Of a stretch of 64,000 nt of DNA, positions 21,125-32,753 are shown one piece after another. The stretch lies in assembly GCF_902713615.1 (NCBI RefSeq), contig NW_024055427.1, positions 248,001 to 312,000 of the forward strand. Direction: 5' to 3'. The position numbers were made by a program, and so were the translations under genes. A model generated the notes under the pieces. The model was not told where the DNA came from. It searched no databases and saw only the letters and a program-made list of their open reading frames with translations. Numbering within the stretch: position 1 is the stretch's first letter; the number at the start of each line of letters is the position of its first letter. This DNA is from Scyliorhinus canicula. Taxonomy: Eukaryota.

Positions 21125-22905
21125 GGAGAGACAGGGGAAGGGCTCGGCAAGAGAGGGGGTTAGGGAAAGGGGGGCTGGGGGGAGAGGGAAAGGGTTAGGG
21201 AAAGGGGGGCTGGGGGAGAAAGAAGTGAAGGGTTAGAGAAACGGGGGCTGGGGGGGAGAGGGGAAGGGTTAGAGAAAAGAGGGCACGGCGAGAGAGGGGG
21301 TTAGGGAAACGGGGGCTGGGGGTAAGAGGGGAATGGTTAGGGAAAGGGGGGCTGGGGTGACACGGGAAGGGTTAGGGAAAGGGGGCTTGCGGGAGAAAGG
21401 GGAAGGGTTAGGGAAAGGGGGCCTGGGCGGAGAAGGGGTTCGGGAAATCGGGGCCGGGGGGAGAGAGGGGAAGGGTTAGGGAAAGGGGGGCTGGGGGAGA
21501 GAGGAAGGGTTAGGGAAAGGGCTGTTGGGGGGAGGGGAATGGTTAGGGAAAGAGGGGCTGGGGTAGAGGGGAAGGTTAGAAAAAGGGTGCTGGGGGGGAG
21601 ATAGGAAGGGTTAGGGAAAGGGGGGCTGGGGGGAGAGGGGAAGTGTTAGGGAAATGGGGCTGGAGGGGAGAGATGGGAAGTGTTAGGGAAAGGGGGCTGG
21701 AGGGGAGAGAGGGGAAGGGTTAGGGAAATTGGGCTGGAGGGGAGAGAGGGGAAGGGTTAGGGAAAGGGGGGCTGGGGGGGAGAGGGGATGTGTTAGGGAA
21801 ATGGAGCTGGAGGGGAGAGATGGGAAGTGTTAGGGAAAGGGGGCTGGAGGGGAGAGAGGGGAAGGGTTAGGGAAATGGGGCTGGAGGGGAGAGAGGGGAA
21901 GGGTTAGGGAAAGGGGGCTGGAGGGGAGAGGGGAAGGGTTAGGGAAAGGGGGTTAGGGGGGAGAGAGGGGAAGGGTTAGGGAAAGGGGGGCTGGGGGAGA
22001 GAGGGGAAGGGTTAGGAAAAGGGGGCTGGGGTAAAGAGCAGGAGGGTTAAGGAATGGGGGGCTGGGGCAGGAGGGGAAGATTAGAAAAAGGGGGCTGGGG
22101 GTGGGTGGGGGAAAGGTTAGGGAATGGGGGGCTGGGGGGAGAGAGGGGAAGGGTTATGGAAAGGGGGGCTGGAGGGGGAGGGGAAGGGTTAGCGAAAAAG
22201 GGGGCTGGGGGAGGTGGGGTTAGGGAAAGGGCGGTTGGGGGGGAGGGGAACAGTTAGGGAAAAGGGGATGGGGAGAGGCAAAGGGTTAGGGCAAGGGGGG
22301 CTGGGGGAAGAGGGGATGGGTTAGGGAAAGGGGGCTAGGGGGAGAGAGGAGAAGGGTTAGTGAAAGGGGGGCTGGGGGAGAGAGGGGAAGGGTTAGGAAA
22401 AGGGGGCTGGGGTAAAGAGGGGGAGGGTTAAGGAAAGGGGGGCTGGGGGAGGGGGAAGGTTTAGGGAAAGGGGCTGGGGAGAGGGGAAGGGTTATGGAAG
22501 GGGGGCTGAGGGAGAGAGGGGAAGGGTTAGGGAAAGAGGGGAAGAGTTAGGGAAAGGGGGGCTGGGGGTGGGAGAGGAGGAAGGGTTAGGGAAAGGGGGG
22601 CTGCAAGAGAGAGGGGAAGGGTTAGGGAAAGGGGGGCTGGGGGAGAGAGAGGGGAAGGGTTAGGGAAAGGGGGGCTGGGGGGAGAGAGGGGAAGGGTTAG
22701 GGAAGGGGGCTGGGGAGAGAGGGGAAGGATTAGGGAAAGGGGAGCTGGGGTTAGAGGGGAAGGGTTAGGGAAAAGCGGGCTGGGGGGAGGGTAAGGGTTA
22801 CGGAAAGGGGGCTCAGGGGAGGGGAAGGGTTAGGGAAAGGGGGCAGGGGTAGAGAGGAGACGGGTGAGGGAAGGTGGGCTGGGGGGAAGAGGGGAAGGGT
22901 TAGAG
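21125..22905. repeat. G-rich ~35-bp minisatellite containing GGGTTAGGG
   Basis: GGGGAAGGGTTAGGGAAAGGGGGGCTGGGGGAGAGA-type unit over about 1.8 kb. Confidence 0.92.
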
Positions 22906-22909
22906 AAGA

Positions 22910-25900
22910 TTGATAGAGAAATGCAGCACAGAACAGGCCATTCGGCCCATGGTGTTGTGCCGAACGTTTGTCCTAGGTTAATCATAGAATTTTGGACACT
23001 AAGGGCAATTTTTCATGGCCAATCCACCCAACCTGCACATCTTTGGACTGTGGGAGGAAACCGGAGTACCCGGAGGAAACCCACGCACACACGGGGAGGA
23101 TGTGGAGACTCCACACAGACAGTGACCCAAGTCGAAATTGAACTTGGGACCCTGGAGCTGTGAAGCAATTGTGCTATCCACAATGCTACCGTGCTGCCCT
23201 TAAGAAGAAGTTAGTCTACACTCCATTATTCTACCCTAATCCATGTACCTATCCAATAGCCGCTTGAAGGTCCCTAACGTTTCCGACTCAACTATTTCCA
23301 CAGGCAGTGTATTCCATGCCCCCACTACTCTCTGGGTAAAGAACCTACCTCTGACATCCCCTCTATATCTTTCACCATTTATCTTAAATTGATGTCCCCT
23401 TGTAATGGTGTGTTCCACCCGGGGAAAAAGTCTCTGACTGTCTACCCTATCTATTCCCCTGATCATCTTATAAACCTCTATCAATTCGCCCCTCATCCTT
23501 CTCCGTTTTAATGAGAAAAGGACTAGCACCCTCAACCTTTCCTCGTATGACCTACTCTCCATTCCTGGCAACATCCTGGTAAATCTCCTTTGCACCTTTT
23601 CCAAAGCTTCCACATCCTTCCTAAAATTAGGCGACCAGAACTGCACACAGTACTCCAAATGTGGCCTGACCAAGGTTTTGTACAGCTGCATCATCACCTC
23701 ACGGCTATTAAATTCAATCCCTCTGTTAATGAACGCTAGCACACCATAGGCCTTCTTCACAGCTCTATCCACTTGAGTGGCAACTTTCAAAGATCTATGA
23801 ACATAGACCCCAAGATCTCTCTGCTCCTCCACATTGCCAAGAACCCTACCGTTAACTCTGTATTCCGCATTCATATTTGTCCTTCCAAAATGGACAACCT
23901 CACACTTGTCAGGGTTAAGCTCCATCTGCCACTTCTCAGCCCAGCTCTGCATCCTATCTATGTCTCTTTGAAGCCGACAACAGCCCTCCTCACTATCCAC
24001 AACTCCACCAATCTTCGTATCATCTGCAAATTTACTGACCCACCCTTCAACTCCCTCATCCAAGTCGTTAATGAAAATCACAAACAGCAGAGGACCCAGA
24101 ACTGATCCCTGCGGTACGCCACTGATAACTGGGCTCCAGGCTGAATATTTGACATCCACCACCACTCTCTGTCTTCTATCGGTTAGCCAGTTTGTAATCC
24201 AACTGGCCAAATTTCCCACTATCCCATGCCTCCTTACTTTCTGCACAAGCCTACAATGGGGAACCTTATCAAATGCCTCACTAAAATCCATGTACACTAC
24301 ATCCACTGCTTTGCCTTCATCCACATGCTTGGTCACCTCCTCAAAGAAGTCAATAAGACTTGTAAGGCAAGACCTACCCCTCACAAATCCGTGCTGACTA
24401 TCCCTAATCAAGCAGTGTCTTTCCAGATGCTCAGAAATCCTATCCCTCAGTACCCTTTCCATTACTTTGCCTACCACTGAAGTAAGATTAACTGGCCTGT
24501 AATTCCCAGGATTATCCTTATTCCCTTTTTTGAACAGGGTCACGACATTCGCCACTCTCCAATCCTCTGGTACCACCCCTGTTGACAGCGAGGACGAAAA
24601 GATCATTGCCAACGGCTCTGCAATTTCATTTCTTGCTTCCCATAGAATCCTTGGATATATCCCGTCAGGCCCGGGGGACTTGTCTATCCTCAAGTTTTTC
24701 AAAACGTGCAACACATCTTCCTTCCTGACAAGTATCTCCTCGAGCTTATCAGTCTGTTTCACACTGTCCTCTCCAACAATATGGCCCCTCTCGTTTGTAA
24801 ATACTGAAGAAAAATACTTGTTCAAGACCTCTCCTATCTCTTCAGACTCAATACACAATCTCCCACTACTGTCCTTGATCGGACCTACACTCGCTCTAGT
24901 CATTCTCATATTTCTCACATATGTGTAAAAGGCCTTGGGGTTTTCCTTGATCCTACCTGCCAAAGACTTTTCATGCCCTCTCTTAGCTCTCCTAATCCCT
25001 TTCTTCAGTTCCCTACTGGCTATCTTGTATCCCTCCAGCGCCCTGTCTGAACCTTGTTTCTTCAGCCTTACATAAGTCTCCTTCTTCCTCTTAACAAGAC
25101 ATTCAACCTCTCTTGTCAACCATGGTTCCCTCACTCGACCATCTCTTCCCTGCCTGACAGGGACATACATATCAAAGACACGCAGTACCTGTTCCTTGAA
25201 CAAGTTCCACATTTCACTTGTGTCCTTCCCTGACAGCCTGTGTTCCCAACTTCTGCACTTCAATTCTTGCCTGACAGCATTGTATTTACCCTTCCCCCAT
25301 TTGTAAACCTTGCCCTGTTGCACGCACCTATCCCTCTCCATAACTAAAGTGAAAGTCACAGAATTGTGGTCACTACCTCCAAAATGCTCCCCCACTAACA
25401 AATCTATCACCTGCCCTGGTTCATTACCAAGTACTAAATCCAATATGGCCTCCCCTCTGGTCGGACAATCTACAGACTGTGTTAGAAAAGCTTCCTGGAC
25501 ACACTGCACAAACACTACCCCATCCAAACTATTTGATCTAAAGAGTTTCCACTCAATGTTTGGGAAGTTTAAGTCACCCATGACTACTACCCTGTGACTT
25601 CTGCACCTTTCCAAACTCTGTTTCCCAATCTGTTCCTCCACATCATTGCTGCTATTGGGGGCCTATAGAAAACTCCCAACAAGGTGACTGCTCTTTTCCT
25701 ATTTCTGACTTCAACCCATATTACCTCAGTAGGCAGATCCCCCTCGAACTGCCTTTCTGCAGCTGTTATTCTATCTCTAATTAACAATGCCACCCTCCCC
25801 CCCCCCCCCCCCCCCCCACCTCTTTTACCATCCTCCCTAATCTTGTTGAAACATCAATAACCAGGGACCTCCAACAACCATTTCTGCCCCTCTTCTATCC

Positions 25901-27295
25901 AAGTTTCCGTGATGGCCACCACATCGTAGTCCCAAGTACCGATCCATGCCTTAAGTTCACCCACCTGATTCCTGATGCTTCTTGCATTAAAGTATACACA
26001 CTTCAACCCATCTCCTTGCCTGCAAGTACTCTCCTTTGTCAGTGTTACCTTCCCCACTGCATCACTACGTGCTTTGGCGTCCTGAATATCGGCTTTCTTA
26101 GTTGTTGGACTACAAATCCGGTTCCCATTCCCCTGCCAAATTAGTTTAAACTCTCCCGAAGAGTACAAGAAACCCCCCCCCAGGATATTGGTGCCCCTCT
26201 GGTTCAGATGCAACCCGTCCTGCTTGTACAGGTCCCACCTTCTCCAGAATGCACTCCAATTATCCAAATACCTGAAGCCCTCCCTCCTACACCATTCCTG
26301 CAGCCACGTGTTCAACTGCACTCTCTCCCTATTCCTAGCCTCGCTATCACGTGGCACCGGCAACAAACCAGAGATGACAACTCTGTCTGTCCTGGCCTTT
26401 AACTTCCAGCCTAACTCCCTAAACTTGTTTATTACCTCCACACCCTTTTTCCTACCTACGTCGTCAGTACCAATGTGCACCACGACTTCTGGCTGCTCAC
26501 CCTTCCGCTTCAGGATCCTGAAGAAACGATCCGAGACATCCCTAGCCCTGGCACCCGGGAGACAACATACCTTTCGGGAGTCTCGCTCGCGAGCACATAA
26601 TCTCCTATCTATTCCCCTAACCATTGAATCTCCTACTACTATTGCTTTTCTATGCTCCCCCTTCCCTTCTGAGCCCCAGAGCCAGACTCAGTGCCAGAGA
26701 CCTGGCCGCTGGGGCCTTCCCCCGGTAGGTCATCCCCCCCAACAGCATCCAAAACGGTATACTTGTTTTGAAGGGGAACGGCCACGAGGGATCCCTACAC
26801 TGTCTGCCTGTTAGTTTTCTTTCCCCTGACTGTAACCCAGCTACTCTTGTCCAGTACCTTTGGTGTGGCTACCTCCCTGTAACTCTTCTCGATAACCCCC
26901 TCTGCCTCCCGGATGATCCGAAGTTCATCCAGCTCCAGCTCCAGTACCTTAACACGGTCTCTGAGGAGCTGGAGCTGGGTGCACTTCCCGCAGGTATAGT
27001 CAGCGGGGACACCAGTGGTTTCCCTCACCACCCACATCCTACAGGAGGAGCATGCAACTGCCCTAGCCTCCATCCCCTCTTACTTTACAGAATTAGCTGC
27101 CCTGTAGACCAACTGGACCTCTGCCCTCTGACTCTGCTTCCAGTCAGCTGTACTCTAAACTCCTGGCTCCCTTCACCCTCTTTGATAAATATAGGAAATT
27201 AAATGTCAGGAGCACCTTACTCCCTCCTCACCTAACTCCCTCAGTCACCAAACTCTCACTGTCGCACTCAAATGCCACAAGTTCAGCACTCTAGA
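22910..27295 (-). mobile_element. Near full-length CR1 LINE (ORF1 zinc finger + SGNH esterase; ORF2 APE + RT), frameshifted
   Basis: CSSC..CGKC coiled-coil ORF 26795-27073; HIGTDD/DGLHLN esterase and CVYFNARS..ITETW endonuclease in 25854-26624; 801-aa RT ORF 23236-25641; break at the poly-C tract ~25792-25819. Confidence 0.92.
22981..23199 (-). mobile_element. HE1-type SINE inside the CR1 3' UTR
   Basis: HE1 core, head ending GTGCTGCCC at 23199. Confidence 0.8.
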
Positions 27296-27309
27296 TACCT
27301 CCCGGCCGA

Positions 27310-27860
27310 GTCCAGCATCGGCACTGCGCATGATCCAGCTGACAATGCCCAGGGAGTGATTGACGGCAGCTCTGGACCAATCGGAAGAGAGGGGCCAGCC
27401 TGGAGGACTGAGTGGTTGCAGTGGGTCCTCCAACCAATCGGAGAGAATGAGGGGCGGGACTATGCCCCGTCTCCCACCTAATCTGAAGCATGCGCAGTAC
27501 CGATGACAACTCGGGATTCAGGCGGTCGGGTAGAAATATTTTGCCGGTCAAATTCGGTTGGGTAAGTCATGAGGGAGGGATGGAGCCGGCGGATGGGTCG
27601 GGAGGCTTCATTAAAAACTCCGTGCAGCCTAAACACACCAAGCTCCGAATATGAAACTGGGATACGGCAGTTGAACCGGCGAACGCTGCTCGGGCTTTTC
27701 CCCAAGACAGGCCCAGGTGGACGAAGTGTGCGGCGGAGCGCATGCGTAGTGAGTGAGAGTCCCGTTTTTTGTCCCGCCTCCCATTCACTCGGATTGGCTG
27801 GAGGGCCAGTCGCTCTCGGGTAGTCCTCCAACCCCGCCCCCTGAGCTGGAACAAACCCTC
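27310..27860. promoter_or_regulatory. CpG-rich promoter with two inverted NRF1/CCAAT/GC-box modules; exon-1 donor at 27562
   Basis: TGCGCATG and GCATGCGCA, CCAATCGG, GGGGCGGG; GG|GTAAGT donor; homologous to 50860-51010. Confidence 0.72.
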
Positions 27861-27969
27861 CAGAATCATCCTGCAGATAGAAATCTGACAACAACAGGTT
27901 AAAGTCCAAGATAATGCTTTGAATGCGAGCATTTGTATGTAATTGTGTCTTTACAGATCCAGAGATAGG

Positions 27970-28800
27970 GGTATATCCTAGTTTGCAGACTATTAGAACA
28001 AATGTACATTTCTATAAGACCTCACACTGCCACTGGGCCTTCTGAAATATTTTGAAGTCAATGGTGTACTTTTGAAATATATTCACTGTTGTAATGCAAG
28101 AAGCTGTAAGTACGCACCTATAATCACTATGTACTGATTTCATAGCAAAAACACTTTTATACCTCTAACACGTGGCTTCCTGCAGCCATTTCACCTTATG
28201 TACCTTTTCTATATTAGCTATGTATTGATTTCATAGCACAAAACATTAATTATATTAATTATTATTTAGTAGTGAACATTGATTATCATTTGTGAATTGG
28301 TGTATTTGGTAATTATATTGGAAAGGCTAGATCTTTATTTTAAAAAATAACACTTTCAACCAAAATGTTTCCAGAAACTGCAGAGCTATCAGAATTTATT
28401 TGAAAAAATAAATTACTTTGTAATTTTGAGAAGTTATTAGACATCATATTCTGCCAAGAATATTTGGGCCAGGCAGTGGAGGAATGGTATTGTTATTGAG
28501 CGAGCAATCCAGAGACCCAGGTTAATGCTCTGGGGATCTGGGATTGAATCTGCCTATGACAGATATTGAAATTGAATAAAGGAGTCAAATTAAAAGTCAA
28601 ATGATGACATTGTGGATTGTTGTAAAAACCCGTCTAGTTCACTAATGTCCTTTTGGAAATCTGCTCTCCTTCCATGGCCTGGCCCACATGTGACCCCAGA
28701 TCCCCAGCAATGTTGTGGTTGATTTGTAAGTGCCCTCAGTTGGAATGAGCAGTAAATGCTGGCCCAGCTAGTGACACCCACCTCCCATGAATGAATATTT
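27970..28800 (+). repeat. Non-coding segment duplicated in inverted orientation at ~40290-41190
   Basis: TTAGAACAAATGTACATTT...AGAAGCTGTAAGTACGCA...TTTGGGCCAGGCAGTGG matches the reverse complement of the second copy colinearly. Confidence 0.85.
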
Positions 28801-28844
28801 TTTAAGAAGGCTCAGTGAGGTACAGTGAAAAGTATTTTTTTTTT

Positions 28845-29050
28845 AAAAATATAAATTTAGAGTACCCGATCATTATTATTTTTTCCAATTAAGGGGCAAT
28901 TTAACATGGCCAATCCACCAAATGTGCACAACTTTGGTTTCGCGCAGACACGGGGTGAATGTGTGACCTCCACATGGACAGTGACCCAGGCCGGGTTTCC
29001 AAGCCAGGTCCTCAGTGCCGTAGTCTCCGTGCTAACCACTGCACCACTTG
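28845..29050 (-). mobile_element. HE1-type SINE
   Basis: AGAGTACCC...TTAAGGGGCAATTT...GGCCAATCCACC core, degenerate. Confidence 0.7.
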
Positions 29051-29474
29051 CCACACTGAAAAGTATTGTTCTGTGTGCAGTCCAGACAGATTGTTCCATA
29101 CATGAAATACCCCGTGGAGGCTTCAACAACCCAAATAAAATGTTAAATGTCCCTTAAAGGGCACCGAATAGAGAGAGCTGAGTGGTGACAGGCCAGGGTT
29201 ACCGGCCGCCATCTTTACAGAGGACAAGGTGCCACAGGACGCATGCACTGTGAGCCTGGACCAGATGCCAACTCTCTCGGATTGACTGACTGGATTCTCC
29301 AGGATTTTATTTTATTTATTCGTGGGAGTCACTGGCTGGGGCAACATTTATTGCCCATCCCTAATTTCCCTGGAACTGAGTGGCTTGCTCGGCCATGTGG
29401 GAGGGCATTTAAAGAGTCAACCACATTGCTGTGGTTTGGAATGGTGCCAGACCAGGTAAGGATGGCAGATTTTT

Positions 29475-29698
29475 GGGCAGCACGGTGGCCTAGTGGTTAG
29501 CACAGCTGCCTCACAGCTCTGAGGTACCAGGTTCGATCCCGGCTCTGGTTCACTGTCCGTGTGGAATTTGCACATTCTCCCCGTGTCTGCGTGGATTTCG
29601 CCCCACAACCCAAATATGTGCACAGTAGGTGGATTGGCCACGCTAAATTGCCCCTTAATTGGAAAAATTTATTGGGTAATCTAAATTTATAAAAAAAA
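29475..29698 (+). mobile_element. HE1-type SINE
   Basis: GGGCAGCACGGTGGCCTAGTGGTTAGCAC head, GGTTCGATCCC B-box, A-rich end. Confidence 0.85.
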
Positions 29699-30368
29699 AG
29701 GATGGCAGATTTTCTTTTCTATTCATTCCTGGGATGTGAGTGTCGCTGGCTGGGCCAGCATTCACTGCCCAGCCCTAATTGCCCTTGAACTGAGTGCATC
29801 TCAGAGGGTATTTTAAGAATCAGCTAGCAGACTATGGATCTGGAGTCATATGTCGGTCAGACTAGGTAAGGATCGAAGATTTCCTTCACTGAAGGTCAGG
29901 AGTGAAGCAGGTGGGTCTTTACAATAATCGACAATCATGGTTTCATGGTCATCAGTAGACTTTCAATGAATTCAAATTTTACCTTGGTGAGGTTCGTGTC
30001 TGGGAAATCATTAGGAGGGTCAAAAATAATTTTGGGTCCTTGAAAAATCATTACAACAGTGAAAACATTTTTTTTGTAATTTTCTTTGAACATTTATCTT
30101 CAGCAGATATACAATTATTGAAAATGAGATAAAGGTTGTTTGGCTGACAGTCAATCACTGTCCTGTAGGGTAATGAGCCCTTTTGCTTCCCAATTGGCCG
30201 AGGAAGGCAGTGTGTCACAAGGATGGATGTGTTCACCGATTAATGGCTGGAGGATGGGGGCAGGTCATGTGATCAAACCTCCAGGAATACATTTAATCAA
30301 AGTTGGCGAGGAGAGAAAGTTGTGAATTTCTATCCTAAACTGACAGTGAGGTTTCTGTAAATTTACAG

Positions 30369-30560
30369 GATACTGGAAGTGGAGGTTTAACAGATGGGAA
30401 ACACAAACCAAATGTTACATCGCAATCTGACAGAGTCACTCGATTCATCAGAACCTGAATATCAGCAGCATCTGGGTGTGGGAGGTAAAAGGTTTGTCTG
30501 TTCTGGCTGTGAGGGAAGATTTCAGGTCTCAGTGTGACTGGAAAAGCCCCGAGATTCACA
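30369..30560 (+). pseudogene. Aborted zinc-finger gene terminal exon (leader only)
   Basis: Family acceptor TTTACAG|GATA, fossil finger RFVCSGCEGRFQVSV*LEK, then interrupted by CR1 sequence. Confidence 0.65.
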
Positions 30561-30564
30561 AACC

Positions 30565-31610
30565 CTGGTTAGACCAAACCTGGAGAACTGTGTTCAGTTC
30601 TGGGCAACAAACCTGAGGAAGGATAGAACGGCCTCGGAGGGAATGTAGCACAGATTTACCTGAGTGATATCTGAAACACCCCGGGGTTAAATTACAAAAC
30701 TAGACGACACAAAAGAGTCAGAGACATGATGGCACAAAGAAGGGCATTCGGCCCATTGAATCCATGCTAGCTCTCTGGAGCAATCCAGTCAGTGCCATTC
30801 TCCTGCTCCCTGTATCCTCATAGTTTTATTTCCCTCAGATGTCTATCTAATTTCCTATTGAAATCAAATGATTCATTGTGTCTATTTTCAAACTCCCTGA
30901 TAGGCAGCAAGTTTCAGGTCATTGCCGCTCGCTGTGTGAAAACATATATCTCATATCACCTCATATCTCCTGTACCTTTTAAATACAAACTAGGAGCAGG
31001 CCACTCGGCCCCTCGGGCCTGCTCAGCATTCAATAACATTGCGGCTGATCTCATTCTAACCTCAACTGCACATTCCTGCCTACCCCTGATGATCTTTCAC
31101 CCCCTTGCTCATCAAGAATCTATCCAGCTCTGCGTTAAAAATATTCAATGACTCTGCTTCCACTGCCTTTTAAGGACGTGAGTTCCAAAGTTTTACAACC
31201 CTCAAGAGAATAAAAAATCCTCATCTCCATCTGAAATGGGTGACCCCTTATTTTGCAACAGGGACCCCTTGTTCCAGATTCTCCCACAAGAGGAAACATC
31301 CTCTCCGCATCCACCCTGTCAAGACCCCTCAGGATCTTATATCATTCAATCCAGGTTTGACCCAAAACTTTAAATCTGTGTCCTGACAGATTAACTTAAT
31401 TCCACCCTATCCACGTATCTGCTTGTCCAATCAGTGAATGGAAAGGGTTTCTTTGTCCACCCGATGGAAATCTGGCATAATCATTTGGACCTGAATCAAA
31501 TCTCCCCTCAACCTCCTTTGCTGGAACCAGTCTGGTAAATCTCCTCAGCACCTTCTCAAGAACCTTCACATCCTTCCTGAAGAGTGGTGACCAGAGCTTT
31601 ATAAAGATGC
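30565..31610. mobile_element. Stacked old CR1 3' fragments
   Basis: RPHLEYCVQF-like DNA on + and CR1 3'-UTR remnants (GGCCACTCGGCCC) on -. Confidence 0.6.
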
Positions 31611-31614
31611 ACAG

Positions 31615-31955
31615 AATAGAAATAGAACCATAGAATTCCGAAGGTGCAGAATGAGGCCATTCGGCCCATCAAGTCTGCACTGATCCTCTGAAAGGGCACT
31701 TGTTTGGGCCCACATTCCTACCCTGTCCCTGTGACCCCCATAGCCCCACATAACCTGCACATCCCTGGACACTAATGGGTAATTTATCAAGGCCAATCCA
31801 CCTAACGTTCCCTTTAGACTGTTGGAGGAAACCTGAGCACTGGCTGGAAATCCACACAGACACGGGGAGAAAGTGCAAACTCCACACAGTCACCAAGGCC
31901 GGAATTGAACCCGAGTCCCTGGCACTGAGGCAGCAGTGCTAATCACTGTGCCACC
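31615..31955 (-). mobile_element. HE1-type SINE with CR1 tail
   Basis: HE1 core and GGCCATTCGGCCCATC tail. Confidence 0.75.
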
Positions 31956-31993
31956 AGAAGCATAGTTTTGGGATCAATATTACTGTTTATGAA

Positions 31994-32372
31994 TAAAAGC
32001 AAATTACTGCGGATGCTGGAATCTGAAGCCAAAGAGAAAATGCTGGAACATCTCAGCAGGTCTGGCAGCATCTGTAGGGAAGGAAAAGAGTTAACAAAGG
32101 ACCATGAAATGAAAATGAAATGAAAATGGCTTATTGTCACGAGTAGGCTTCAATGAAGTTACTGTGAAAAGCCCCTAGTCGCCACATTCCGGCGCCTGTT
32201 CGGGGAGGCTGGTACGGGAATTGAACCGTGCTGCTGGCCTGCTTGGTCTGCTTTAAAAGCCAGCGATTTAGCTGAGTGAGCTAAACCAGCCCCTCTGGAC
32301 TCAACATGAGATCTTTTCTCTCCCTAGAGATGCTGCCAGACCTGCTGAGATGTTCCAGCATTTTCTCTTTGG
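31994..32372. mobile_element. Penelope-like inverted-repeat insertion with 14-bp TSD, carrying a SINE (32104-32293)
   Basis: TTACTGTTTATGAA at 31980-31993 and 32373-32386; ~61-bp near-perfect inverted arms. Confidence 0.72.
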
Positions 32373-32753
32373 TTACTGTTTATGAAGCTCAAGATTGAAT
32401 TTGCTTTGCCAACTATTCTCTTTAATATGACTTGTAGATATACAAAATCCCTCTTCACCTCTCTCTCGTTCCTCCCAAAGAGGCCAGTTGGGTTTTTATA
32501 ACAATCCAGCAGTTTTCATGGTCACTTTTTCCTCGTGCCAGCCCCATAAATGACCAGAATCATTCAGCCCAATTTCACAACCTGCCTTTGTGTTTTTGTG
32601 GGTTCTCTCTCACTCCCTATTTTCTGTTTTAAATCAGTTTCACAGGGTGTTCGAAGGGGAGGCTTCAAAGTCCGGAAACTCAAACCAAGCATCACATCAG
32701 GATCTGACAGAGCCCTCAATTTATCATATCCTGAATATCAGCGGATATTGAAC

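Noticed and set aside
25854-26624. Novel esterase-endonuclease fusion ORF
   Set aside because: Normal CR1 ORF1 esterase joined to the ORF2 start by a frameshift; the nearby long homopolymer may also be a sequencing error
32550-32753. N-terminal 68-aa extension of Z1 as an effector domain
   Set aside because: It crosses the splice acceptor at 32645 and corresponds to the family's intron and UTR sequence
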